From: an uncultured Gemmatimonadaceae bacterium
GTDB lineage: Bacteria > Gemmatimonadota > Gemmatimonadetes > Gemmatimonadales > Gemmatimonadaceae
Assembly: GCA_963761305.1 (NCBI GenBank)
Contig: CAVXGK010000002.1
Span: 3,168,001-3,232,000 of the forward strand
Length of the DNA stretch: 64,000 nucleotides
Direction: 5' to 3'
A program made the position numbers and the translations under genes. Below are positions 1 to 10,091 of this stretch, piece after piece. Position 1 is the first letter of the stretch; each line of letters starts with the position of its first letter. Under the pieces are notes generated by a model. The model made no database searches and was not told where the DNA came from. It saw nothing but the letters and a program-made list of their open reading frames with translations.

Positions 1-1031
<1,031 letters not shown>

Positions 1032-1088
1032 GGGTGTCAGGTCTGGCGGACGGTGTTTAATTGATCGCCGACACAGCTCACAATCGCC

Positions 1089-1649
1089 ATGTCGAAACGA
1101 GATGAACTAATCACGCTGCTCGCGACGCGATCCGCAAAGCGGGGGACGTTTACGCTGGCGTCTGGTCGGCAGTCTTCGTTATACATCGACGCGCGGACCA
1201 CCACAATGAGCCCGGAGGGTCTCGCGCTGATCGGCCCACTCGGGGTCGCCGCGATTCGAGACGCCGAATGGCGGGCGGAAGCGGTCGGTGGTCTGACACT
1301 CGGCGCCGACCCAATTGCCTGCGCCATCGCGTACGCCAGCGCGTCGACGGATGTTCCGTTGCGCGCGTTCACCGTGCGTAAGGAACCCAAAGCGCACGGG
1401 ACGGGACGGCTGATCGAAGGGGCCTTTCAACCCGGCGACGCCGTCGTCGTGATCGAAGACACGATCACGACCGGCGGCTCAGCGCTCCGCGCAATCGAGG
1501 GGATCCGCGCCGGCGGTGGAACGATCCTGGGCGTGCTCGCGCTCGTGGATCGCGAAGAGGGAGGCCGCGAGGCGATCGAGGGCGAGGGTCACCGCGTGAT
1601 CTCGCTAGCGCTGGCGAGCGAGATCACGCCGAGAATTCCAACTGCTTGA
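1089..1649 (+). CDS. pyrE: Orotate phosphoribosyltransferase
   Basis: FTLASGRQSSLYID, VRKEPKAHG and PRPP-binding VVIEDTITTGGS motifs. Confidence 0.95.
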   Translation: MSKRDELITLLATRSAKRGTFTLASGRQSSLYIDARTTTMSPEGLALIGPLGVAAIRDAEWRAEAVGGLTLGADPIACAIAYASASTDVPLRAFTVRKEPKAHGTGRLIEGAFQPGDAVVVIEDTITTGGSALRAIEGIRAGGGTILGVLALVDREEGGREAIEGEGHRVISLALASEITPRIPTA

Positions 1650-1665
1650 ACGGGGTGACCGGACG

Positions 1666-2547
1666 CTAGTGGACCTGGGGCGGCGGCTGTGCGGCCCACA
1701 TGAGCGACAGCGGCCGCAGCCGCCTCAGCTGCTCGAGGTGAGGCAAGACGAGCGTCGCCCGGAAATGGTCGAACATGCCGCGGCCGTCGTAGTTCTCTCG
1801 CAGTTGCAGCGCCGTCATGTCGAGCAGCATTCGGACGTGCCGACCGAAGCTCTGCGGCGACGAGTAGTCCATGTGGTTGGCGATGTTGGCGACGGAGAAT
1901 CCCGGGTTCTCGAAGAGCCGCGCGGCGCGAACGAGACGCGCCATGGCGAGATACCGTTTCGGCGACGGTAGCTTGGCGCGGAAGAAGCGGCTCATCATCG
2001 TGCTCGGAAGCACGTCGAGCCTCCGTGACAGCGCGCGCACCGTACAGACGTGCGCCGGCACGAGGAACAGCGCTTCGAAGAAGCGCCAACAATCGTGCGA
2101 CACGCCGGCGAGATCGATCGCCAACTGCCCCAATGCCTCGCGCTGAATGTCTTCGACGCGCGTGGTGAGCAGGTAGTTCCGAAGCTCGCGCCACCCGTCG
2201 GCGTCGCGGACGTCAACCAGTTGGCGAACGCCCGTGGACCCGAGCGACAGCATGGTGTGCGGTGCGACGCGGTCGACGTTCGTGAGCAGCGCGACGGTGG
2301 GAACGCGTGGGAATTCTCGCACGAGTGCGGCGACGGCGGATCGCTCGGCCGAATCGCAACGCGCGACCGAGAGCACGACCGCGGCGGCCCGTCGCGTCTT
2401 GAGGTCCTGCACGACCTCGGCGACCGAATCGCGGTGGATGGTGTGGTACCATCCGTCACCGGCGGCATCGACGCGCAGGCGCTCGGTGGGAGTCAACATC
2501 GTTGCAATCGCGAGCGGCTGCGCGGTGCTGCGTGGATCCGGATGCAT
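1666..2547 (-). CDS. AraC-family transcriptional regulator with a receiver-like N-terminal domain
   Basis: C-terminal double HTH (SPKRYL...SVANIANHMDYSSPQSFGRHVR); the start may be the second Met. Confidence 0.8.
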   Translation of the reverse strand: MHPDPRSTAQPLAIATMLTPTERLRVDAAGDGWYHTIHRDSVAEVVQDLKTRRAAAVVLSVARCDSAERSAVAALVREFPRVPTVALLTNVDRVAPHTMLSLGSTGVRQLVDVRDADGWRELRNYLLTTRVEDIQREALGQLAIDLAGVSHDCWRFFEALFLVPAHVCTVRALSRRLDVLPSTMMSRFFRAKLPSPKRYLAMARLVRAARLFENPGFSVANIANHMDYSSPQSFGRHVRMLLDMTALQLRENYDGRGMFDHFRATLVLPHLEQLRRLRPLSLMWAAQPPPQVH

Positions 2548-2713
2548 GGGAGTGCTCCTGCGCGGCGAACTGGGTGGAATTCTGCGAAGGACTTCGCACC
2601 GAGCCGTCGTCGGCTCGTTGCGGAATGACGATAAGCGCTAGTTGTCAGCCGCTCGTCATGCGCGCGCGCGGTCGTTTGGGCGACAGCGCGGCGCGATCAT
2701 TATGTTTGAAACA

Positions 2714-3115
2714 GGTTGCCAACCGGGTGGTCGCGAACGGCATCGTTTCATCGCCGTTCGAGGAAAGTCCGGGCTCCATTGGGCGCGCTGCCAGATAACA
2801 TCTGGGCGTCGCCGGCTTCGGCCGGATCGACGACGGACAGTGCCACAGAAAACACACCGCCGACGACGTCTGAGGAAACTCGAACGAACGGGCAAGGGTG
2901 AAAAGGCGGGGTAAGAGCCCACCGCACGATCGGCAACGATCGTGGCAGGGTAAACCCCAGCGGGAGCAAGGCCAAATAAGCAGCGAGGGGTGCCCACCCC
3001 GCCCAAGACGCTGCGGGTAGGCTGCTAGAGGGCGCGGGTGACCACGCTCGGAGAGGAATGACCGCCGGCCGGACTTCGGTCCGGCGCACAGAACCCGGCT
3101 TACAGGTTCGCGACC
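2714..3115 (+). ncRNA. rnpB: RNase P RNA (bacterial type A)
   Basis: Universal motifs GAGGAAAGTCCGGGCTCC, AGTGCCACAGAAA, GGGTGAAAAGGCGGGGTAAGAGCCCACC, GGTAAACCCC and ACAGAACCCGGCTTA; ends approximate from P1 pairing. Confidence 0.95.
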
Positions 3116-3116
3116 G

Positions 3117-3148
3117 ACGGCGCGCCGCACACACGGCGCGCCGTTTTG
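3117..3148 (+). terminator. Intrinsic terminator after rnpB (may also act on the convergent gene)
   Basis: ACGGCGCGCCG-CACA-CGGCGCGCCGT-type hairpin followed by TTT. Confidence 0.65.
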
Positions 3149-3155
3149 CGTTCTC

Positions 3156-3827
3156 TCATTCGTCGTCGAGCACGTTCGGCCGCGTCGTCGCGCGGCTGAT
3201 ACGCTCTTCGCGCATGCGCGGCGCCTGCATCAATCCGGCGGCGGGCATCCATCGTCCGCGAAAGACCTGACGCAACGCTTTCCAGATGAACCGCACGGTC
3301 ATGATCAGGCCGGCGAGGACGACGAGCGCGAGGGCCAGCGTGATCAGCGGATGATGCCAGATGCCCACGGCCACCGCGGCGACCAGCACGAGCTCCGCTC
3401 CGTTCGCCAGGCTGTTGGTGATCGGCTCGGGCGACGCGTCGATGGCGTAGCGCAGGCCAAGCTTCGTGGTGTGGGTGGTGATCGCGAGGCCACCGCCGAG
3501 CAACGCGGCCACGAGAACGATCACCGGGTCGGCGTGCCACGCGGTCGCGGCCGCGAGCACCGCGGCGGCCGGCGGCCGGATGAGACTGTGCAGCGTTTCC
3601 CACGCCGACGCGACGCCCGGCACCAGGGTCGCGACGAACTCGATGCTGTAGAGCGCGAGAGCGAGGAGAATGACGGCGAGATTGCCGAAGCTCTCGATCG
3701 TGGTGGGGACGTTCTGCACCCACCCGTAGCGCACCGCGAGGCCGGTGATGGCCACGGTGGCGTAGAGATTGAGTCCGGCCGCATAGGCCAGTCCGAGACT
3801 CTGGACCAGCGTGATGAGACTGAACAC
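3156..3827 (-). CDS. DUF4126-like membrane protein
   Basis: AAGLNLYATV motif, IRPPAAA, SPEPITN and several TM helices. Confidence 0.75.
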   Translation of the reverse strand: MFSLITLVQSLGLAYAAGLNLYATVAITGLAVRYGWVQNVPTTIESFGNLAVILLALALYSIEFVATLVPGVASAWETLHSLIRPPAAAVLAAATAWHADPVIVLVAALLGGGLAITTHTTKLGLRYAIDASPEPITNSLANGAELVLVAAVAVGIWHHPLITLALALVVLAGLIMTVRFIWKALRQVFRGRWMPAAGLMQAPRMREERISRATTRPNVLDDE

Positions 3828-3869
3828 GTCGAACGGACTCCTTTCCCCGGGGCCGGGGAACCCCGCCGC

Positions 3870-4982
3870 TCAGTCGAGCAGCCGCAGCGGCATGACCAGA
3901 CACAGGTAGGACGCCGGATCCGCCCAACCTTCTGGCTCGAGCGTGGCCGCGCGTTCCGGGGCTTTGAGCGTGAGACGGACTTCGTCCGTCGGAATGAACC
4001 GCAGAATCTCGAGCAGGTAGTTCGCGTTGAAGCCGATGTCGAGTGGATCGCCCGTGTATCGCACCGCGAGCTCGTCAGTGGCCTCGCCGAGATCGGGGGT
4101 TTGCACGCTGAACTTGAGCATCCCCGCGTTGAACGATAGCCGAATGCGATGCGTCTGGTCAGAGGCAATGATCGACATTCGACGAAGCGCGCTCGTGAGG
4201 GCGGTGCGATCCGCGATGGCGACGCGGTTGTTGTCCTTCGGCAGCACCTGGTCGTACGGCGGGTAGGGACCTTCGATCAGGCGGGTGAAGACGGCCGTGA
4301 ACGGGGAGCGGAAGCCGAGATGGTTCTCACCCCTGGCGATCTCGAGCTCCTCGTCTTCGGGGAACAGTCGGCGAATCTGCTCGAGCGCCTTCGCCGGCAC
4401 GATCAAATCGCTGGACGGAGCGCCGCCGGACTTGATTGGCGTCTCCATCTTCGCCAGCCGGTGGCCGTTGGTCGCCACCATGCGCATCAGCTCCGGTCTG
4501 AGCTCCCAGAGCACTCCGTTGAGGATCGGGCGACTCTCCTCGGTCGAGACGGCGAACGACGTGTGCGAGATCAGCTTTTGCAGATCGCCCGAACGAATGC
4601 GCCAGCTCTCGTTGAAGCGAACGGTCGGAAACGCGGGAAACTCGTCCCGCGGCAATCCGAGAATCTTGAAATGCGAGCGACCACAATCGAGCGTGATGCG
4701 CTGTTCGCCGGCGGCGGCGATGCGCACAGGGGCCGGCGGCAATTCGCGAGCGATCTCGCTGAGCTTCTTTGCGGGGATGGTTGTGGCGCCGTTGGTCTCG
4801 ACGTCGGCGGCGACTTCGGTGGTGACCGCGATATCGAGATCCGTTCCGGACAGGCGGATGCCTTTGTCGGTCGCCTCGATGAGAATGTTCGCGAGGACCG
4901 GCAGAGTCGTTTTTGCAGGAATACTCGCGGTTACCGCGGCAAGACCTTCCTGCAGTTTTTCCCGGGAGATCGTGAACCGCAT
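3870..4982 (-). CDS. dnaN: DNA polymerase III beta sliding clamp
   Basis: TTLPVLANILI, GTDLDI, VATNGHRLA, IGFNANYLLEIL and C-terminal VMPLRL. Confidence 0.98.
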   Translation of the reverse strand: MRFTISREKLQEGLAAVTASIPAKTTLPVLANILIEATDKGIRLSGTDLDIAVTTEVAADVETNGATTIPAKKLSEIARELPPAPVRIAAAGEQRITLDCGRSHFKILGLPRDEFPAFPTVRFNESWRIRSGDLQKLISHTSFAVSTEESRPILNGVLWELRPELMRMVATNGHRLAKMETPIKSGGAPSSDLIVPAKALEQIRRLFPEDEELEIARGENHLGFRSPFTAVFTRLIEGPYPPYDQVLPKDNNRVAIADRTALTSALRRMSIIASDQTHRIRLSFNAGMLKFSVQTPDLGEATDELAVRYTGDPLDIGFNANYLLEILRFIPTDEVRLTLKAPERAATLEPEGWADPASYLCLVMPLRLLD

Positions 4983-4989
4983 TGCGGAG

Positions 4990-5210
4990 GGGCTCCTTTG
5001 TGCAAAACAACTCAGCGTTACTAGTTCTCTTTAAGAGATGAAATACCTAGTAGCCGTAGTAGTGCCTGTTGACCAGTGGAAAATCGCTGGAAGTTACATC
5101 GGATCAAACAGTTCCACTATGGGGGCTCATGTGGACGTCATGTGGGGAACGCGAGTACTCCAGAAGCCAACAGCCGACTGAACGACATCCTGTGGATAGC
5201 CGGCGGACGT
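4990..5210. other. oriC: Putative replication origin oriC (dnaA-dnaN intergenic)
   Basis: DnaA-box-like 9-mers (TGTGGATAG 5191-5199, TGTGGACGT 5130, TGTGGGGAA 5141, AGTGGAAAA 5075, TGTTGACCA 5067), a TAG-trio tract at 5048-5063 and an AT-rich stretch at ~5018-5045. Confidence 0.8.
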
Positions 5211-5214
5211 TTGT

Positions 5215-6600
5215 TCAATTCCGCAGACTTTCCAACGCCGCTTGGATCTTCCCAACACGCTGCCCGAACGACGGATCTTCGTTCTTCATCGCGGAAACGC
5301 GCTCGAGGGAGTGAATGACGGTCGAGTGGTCGCGCCCACCAAAGGCGGCGCCGATTTCGACGAGCTGCATGCCAAGCAGATCTCGCATGAGGTACATCGC
5401 GACCTGACGCGGCACGGTGAGATTCTTCGTTCGCGTCTTCGAGCGAAGCCCCTCGATCGTGACGTTCCATTCTTTGGCGACGGCTTGCTGAATGGCAAAG
5501 GTGTTGAGCGCCGGGCCGCCGGCCGGCTCGCCAGGAAGCGCCTTGAGTTTGTCGCGCAGGGCCTCGCGCGCCACCTCGATCGTGATCTCGCGGTGCTTGA
5601 GCGACGCATATGCGAGCAGCTTGATGATCGAGCCTTCGAGCTCGCGAACGCTCGATCGCACGTTTTCGGCGATGAAGCGGACGACTTCCTCGGGGATGGT
5701 GAGCTCGAGGTGGTCGAGTTGCGCCTTTTGGCGGAGAATCGCGATGCGATGCTCGAGGTCCGGCATCTCGATGTCGGCGACCATTCCCCACTGGAAGCGA
5801 GACACCAGGCGAGCTTCGAGGCCGGGGATCTCCAGGGGCGGCCGGTCGCTGGTGAGGACGATCTGGCGGCCGCCTTCGTAGAGCGCGTTGAATGTGTGAA
5901 AGAACTCCTCCTGCATGGCTTCCTTTCCCTTGAGGAAATGGACGTCGTCGACGAGGAGGAGGTCGGTCTCGCGGAAGCGGCGACGGAAATCGGCGGTGGT
6001 TCGGTTCTGGATGGCCGCGACGAGCTCGTTGGTGAACTGCTCGGTGCCGATGAACGTGATTCGCGTTTCGGGCTTTCGGAGCAGGATCTCGTGGGCGATG
6101 GCCTGCATGAGGTGCGTTTTGCCGAGGCCTGTGTCGCCGTAGATGAAGAGCGGGTTGTAGACTTTTCCGGGGGCTTGGCCGACGGCGTGGGCTGCAGCGG
6201 CCGCGAGCTCGTTTGATTTCCCGATGACGAAGTGCGCGAACGTGTACCGATCGCTTAATGGTGGCGAGTTGATGCCGCTATTCTGTGTCTGAACGGGCCG
6301 CTGCGGGGGCTGCGCAATGAACAGATCCATCTGCGATCTGGCCCGCCGTTCCTCGGTCACCTTGAACACCACGCTCAGCGGATGCCCGAACGCGATGGGG
6401 GCCAGGCTGGCGAGCATGTCCGCGTGCTTGGACTCGTTCCAGTCGGCCGCAAACTGATCGGGGCAGCCGACAAAGACCGTGGTCTCGTTCATCGACAGCG
6501 CCTCAGTCGGCTCGAGCCAGGTTCGGTAGGTCTGCTCGGGCAGCTCTTGACGAGCGCGATCGAGCAGACGGCTCCAAGCTTCGTGGGCGGTCAGCGTCAT
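5215..6600 (-). CDS. dnaA: Chromosomal replication initiator DnaA
   Basis: YNPLFIYGDTGLGKTHLM Walker A, QEEFFHTFN, RELEG and GGRDHSTVIHS. Confidence 0.99.
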   Translation of the reverse strand: MTLTAHEAWSRLLDRARQELPEQTYRTWLEPTEALSMNETTVFVGCPDQFAADWNESKHADMLASLAPIAFGHPLSVVFKVTEERRARSQMDLFIAQPPQRPVQTQNSGINSPPLSDRYTFAHFVIGKSNELAAAAAHAVGQAPGKVYNPLFIYGDTGLGKTHLMQAIAHEILLRKPETRITFIGTEQFTNELVAAIQNRTTADFRRRFRETDLLLVDDVHFLKGKEAMQEEFFHTFNALYEGGRQIVLTSDRPPLEIPGLEARLVSRFQWGMVADIEMPDLEHRIAILRQKAQLDHLELTIPEEVVRFIAENVRSSVRELEGSIIKLLAYASLKHREITIEVAREALRDKLKALPGEPAGGPALNTFAIQQAVAKEWNVTIEGLRSKTRTKNLTVPRQVAMYLMRDLLGMQLVEIGAAFGGRDHSTVIHSLERVSAMKNEDPSFGQRVGKIQAALESLRN

Positions 6601-6648
6601 GTCGGCGACGAAGAAGTGCGGCGCGGGGGAGCGAAGCTAGATCTGCCG

Positions 6649-6657
6649 TGTGGAAAA
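6649..6657. promoter_or_regulatory. DnaA box upstream of dnaA (likely autoregulation)
   Basis: TGTGGAAAA (TTTTCCACA), ~50 bp upstream of the dnaA start. Confidence 0.6.
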
Positions 6658-6693
6658 AGCAAACCGAACACGTGCACGCCGGCATAAACTGTC

Positions 6694-6722
6694 TTGAACT
6701 ATCTGCCGAGCGGGACTAACCT
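6694..6722 (+). promoter_or_regulatory. Sigma70-type promoter for the rpmH operon
   Basis: TTGAAC-17 nt-TAACCT. Confidence 0.55.
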
Positions 6723-6770
6723 TAAAGGTCTGTATCGCAAATCTGCTTCGACCGCTTTTGGAGTGCTCCA

Positions 6771-6935
6771 ATGGGTAAGCCGACGTACCGTCCCCGAAAC
6801 AAGCGCCGCATCAAAACCCACGGGTTTCGCACGCGTATGGAAACGAAATGGGGACGCGAAGTTCTCAGCCGGCGGCGCAAAAAGGGACGCAAGCGTCTCA
6901 CCGTCAAGCTGCCGAGCAAGTACGCCGGCGTCTGA
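6771..6935 (+). CDS. rpmH: 50S ribosomal protein L34
   Basis: Manual translation [60 protein letters not shown] at 6760. Confidence 0.97.
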   Translation: MGKPTYRPRNKRRIKTHGFRTRMETKWGREVLSRRRKKGRKRLTVKLPSKYAGV

Positions 6936-7314
6936 CGACGGCCTTGGGTTTCCGCGTGAGGCTCGCCTCACACGGCGCCTCGACATTCAGAGGGTTGTAC
7001 AAGAGGGGAGGCGAATTCGCACCGCGTACCTCGACGTCCGCGTGCTCGCGTCCCCTCTGTCGCGTTCCCGGATTGGGATCATCGTGCCACGACACCACCA
7101 CACCGCGGTCGACCGCAACCGACTCAAGCGTCGGCTCCGCGAGTTGGCGCGCGTTCGGCTGTTGCCGATGTTGCGAACAGCCCCGGCGCACGACGTCGCG
7201 ATTCGAGCTCGACGCGAGGCGTACGCCGCTCGACTCGACGGCATTTCGGCCGACATCGACACGATCGTTTCGCGGTTTACGTCCCCTTCAGCAACCCAGG
7301 CGCCCGCGGAGTAG
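6934..7314 (+). CDS. rnpA: RNase P protein component (start codon unresolved, see findings)
   Basis: [15 protein letters not shown] and the RNR motif [13 protein letters not shown]; canonical position between rpmH and yidD. Confidence 0.9.
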   Translation, partial: DDGLGFPREARLTRRLDIQRVVQEGRRIRTAYLDVRVLASPLSRSRIGIIVPRHHHTAVDRNRLKRRLRELARVRLLPMLRTAPAHDVAIRARREAYAARLDGISADIDTIVSRFTSPSATQAPAE

Positions 7315-7319
7315 ACGCG

Positions 7320-7529
7320 ATGCGGCGCGTTCTGGTCCTCTTCGTGCGCGGCTACCAGGTGGCGATCTCACCGATACTGCCCGCGTCGTGCCGCTATTAT
7401 CCAAGCTGCTCCGCCTACGCAATCGAGGCGATCGAACGCTACGGTGCGATGCGTGGCGCCTGGATGGCGGCGCGCCGGATCGCGCGGTGTCATCCGTTCC
7501 GCCCCGGCGGCTACGACCCCGTCCCATAG
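7320..7529 (+). CDS. yidD: Membrane protein insertion efficiency factor
   Basis: [11 protein letters not shown] and [14 protein letters not shown]. Confidence 0.95.
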   Translation: MRRVLVLFVRGYQVAISPILPASCRYYPSCSAYAIEAIERYGAMRGAWMAARRIARCHPFRPGGYDPVP

Positions 7530-7553
7530 CGACTCGACTTTCCAGAACTTTGC

Positions 7554-9254
7554 ATGGATAAACGCACGCTGCTCGCGGCCGCCCTGATGGCGCTCGTCAT
7601 CGTTCTGACGCCGCGACTCTTCTCGTCGAGGTCGGCGGCTCCGACCCCAGCAGACACCTCGGCCGCGAGTGCCGCGAGATCGCCGAGCACCGGAGCGAGC
7701 ACGTCGCCCGGACCCGCCACGCAAGCTCCGTCGGTACCGTTGCCGAACTCTGCTCTGCCCGCGCCGGCGCCGAAGGGCGCGGCTCATCCGGCCGAGCGCG
7801 CGGCGACACTCAACACGCCGCGCGCGACGATCGCGCTGATGAATCCCGGCGCGTCTCCGGCCGACGTCGCCCTTCCGGGTTTTCGCGACTTGAGGCCGGG
7901 CGTGGCCCACGGCTCGCCGGCTTTGATCGCGCCCGTGGGGCAGGCCCACCTGATCTATCGCCTGGCAACCGGCCGAGACACGATCGCGCTCGACACGCTG
8001 CAATTCACGGTGACCCAAACGCCGAACGAGGTCACCTTTGCGTCTGCGCCGATCACGTTGACGTATCGCACGACGTCCGACGGGTTTCGACTCGCGGTGA
8101 ACGGCCAAGCCGCGAACGCTCCGCCCGGCTCGTCGCTCGTCATCGATCTCCCGTCGGGGTTCAAGTCCATCGAAGCCGACACGCTCGAGGACTCTCGACA
8201 TCTCGCCTTCGGCTATCAGATCCCGCGCCGAGACGTGACGAGCATTCCGTTCGCAAAGCTGGAACCGGGATCAGTGCGCGTCGACACGGGATCCTTTCAG
8301 TGGGTAGCCGCGCGGACGAAGTACTGGGTGGTCGCGCTGATGCAGCCGGTCGGCTCGACTCCCCCCGCGGGGATTTTTCGCGACATGCTGCTGCGCGGCG
8401 CGCCACGTACGGGAAAAGTCGCCAACAGCGCGTACGCAACGACGACTCTGCCGCTCAAGAACGGCGCGTTCGCCTTCGACGTCTATGTCGGACCGCAGTC
8501 GTGGGCCGATCTGCACGCGCTCGGCAACGGACTGGAGGGCGTGAACCCGTACGCCGGGTGGCTGCACCCGATCGTGCAGCCGTTCACGACGATCATGATG
8601 CGGGTGCTGCTGTGGATGAAGGCGACGCTCCGGGTGAATTACGGATGGGTGCTCGTCATCTTCGGCATCGTGATTCGGTTGCTGCTCTGGCCGCTGAACA
8701 ACAAGGCGATGCGATCGAGCATCCAGATGCAGCGGCTGCAGCCTGAGCTGACCGCGATCCAGACGAAGTACAAGAGCGATCCGGAGAAGCAGCGCGAGCT
8801 CATGATGAAGCTGTACCGCGATCACAATATGAGCCCGTTGAGCCCGTTGCTCGGCTGTCTGCCGATGCTGCTGCCGCTGCCGTTGCTCTACGCGCTCTAC
8901 TACGTGTTTCAAAACACGATCGAATTTCGCGGCGTGGCGTTCCTCTGGCTTCCCGACCTCGCACTCAAGGATCCGCTGTACATCATCCCGCTAGTCATGG
9001 GCGGCTCGATGTTCTTGCTGTCGTGGATCGGCTTGCGTTCGAGTCCGCCGAACCCGCAGGCGAAGATGATGAGCTACATGATGCCAGTGATGTTCACGTT
9101 TCTATTCATGAACTTCGCGTCCGGTTTGAACTTGTATTACGCCGTGCAGAACATCGCGGCGTTGCCGCAGCAGTGGTTCCTGACACGACAGCGGGCGCGT
9201 TCTGGGGTCGCGCCGGCGAGCTCGGCGCTGGGGAGTGCGGCCCGGAAGACGTAG
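7554..9254 (+). CDS. yidC: Membrane protein insertase YidC
   Basis: NYGWVLVIFGIVIRLLLWPL, GCLPMLL, FLWLPDLALKDP and ASGLNLYY; synteny. Confidence 0.96.
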   Translation: MDKRTLLAAALMALVIVLTPRLFSSRSAAPTPADTSAASAARSPSTGASTSPGPATQAPSVPLPNSALPAPAPKGAAHPAERAATLNTPRATIALMNPGASPADVALPGFRDLRPGVAHGSPALIAPVGQAHLIYRLATGRDTIALDTLQFTVTQTPNEVTFASAPITLTYRTTSDGFRLAVNGQAANAPPGSSLVIDLPSGFKSIEADTLEDSRHLAFGYQIPRRDVTSIPFAKLEPGSVRVDTGSFQWVAARTKYWVVALMQPVGSTPPAGIFRDMLLRGAPRTGKVANSAYATTTLPLKNGAFAFDVYVGPQSWADLHALGNGLEGVNPYAGWLHPIVQPFTTIMMRVLLWMKATLRVNYGWVLVIFGIVIRLLLWPLNNKAMRSSIQMQRLQPELTAIQTKYKSDPEKQRELMMKLYRDHNMSPLSPLLGCLPMLLPLPLLYALYYVFQNTIEFRGVAFLWLPDLALKDPLYIIPLVMGGSMFLLSWIGLRSSPPNPQAKMMSYMMPVMFTFLFMNFASGLNLYYAVQNIAALPQQWFLTRQRARSGVAPASSALGSAARKT

Positions 9255-9305
9255 TCGGTCCCTTCGTGCGCAACCCGCACGGCCGTTGCACGTTTGGGCG
9301 ATGCC

Positions 9306-10091
9306 ATGCACGTCACGTACATCGGGCACGCGACTTTACTCATCGAGGTCGGCGAGACGCGAATTCTCACCGACCCCAACTTCGACCCGCGGCTGGGACG
9401 CATCCTGCCGCGCGTCGCGCCGCCCGGAATCGCGCTCGACGAGCTTCCCAAGCTGGACGCCATCCTCCTCACGCACGCGCACGCGGATCACTTGTCGTTC
9501 GATTCGCTGGACCGGCTGCGCGAAATCCCCATCATCGCGCCGCCCGCCGTCGCGAACTGGCTGCGGCGCCTGGGCTACCGTGAATCGGTGCCCGTCGGGC
9601 CCGGCGAGCGATTCGAGATCGCGACCATCAACGTCCACGCGGCGACGGCCACGCATCGCGGCAACCGCTACGGCTTCGACCGATGGCGCAGCGCGACGAA
9701 CATGTATTTGATCGACGCCGGCGCCACGACGGCTTTTTTCGCCGGCGACACGGCGCTCGACACCGACACGCACGGCCTCGTCGAACGGGTGCTTTGGGAG
9801 CGCGGACAGGAACTCGACCTCGCGATGTTGCCGATCGGCTACGCGCCGTGGTGGAAACCCGGATTTCGCCGAGGACACCTCACGCACGACGACGCCCTGG
9901 AGTTGTTCGAGCGTTTGCGGGCGAAAATGTTTGTCCCCTACCACTGGGGCACGTTTCGCCACGTGACGGCCACGGCCCACGACGCGATTCGCCGATTGCG
10001 CGCGGCGATCGAACGTCACCCGCTAGGCGCCGGCGTGCGGATCATCGAACCCGGAGAGTCGCTCGAGGTCAACGGGGACATGGCCGCGTGA
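9306..10091 (+). CDS. MBL-fold metallo-hydrolase (RomA/UlaG-like)
   Basis: THAHADH metal motif, FAGDT and PYHWGTF. Confidence 0.85.
   Translation: MHVTYIGHATLLIEVGETRILTDPNFDPRLGRILPRVAPPGIALDELPKLDAILLTHAHADHLSFDSLDRLREIPIIAPPAVANWLRRLGYRESVPVGPGERFEIATINVHAATATHRGNRYGFDRWRSATNMYLIDAGATTAFFAGDTALDTDTHGLVERVLWERGQELDLAMLPIGYAPWWKPGFRRGHLTHDDALELFERLRAKMFVPYHWGTFRHVTATAHDAIRRLRAAIERHPLGAGVRIIEPGESLEVNGDMAA

Noticed and set aside
2642..3134. Several ORFs on both strands
   Set aside because: They overlap rnpB; spurious
6694..6762. TTG 6694 as the rnpA start
   Set aside because: It coincides with the predicted -35 element, so it lies upstream of the likely TSS
9683..10087. Apparent N-terminal extension of MnmE (similar ones occur for the NUDIX, ddl, GT2, lipoprotein and hydrolase ORFs)
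   Set aside because: Longest-ORF artefacts overlapping neighbouring genes in other frames; better starts exist, often at stop/start overlaps
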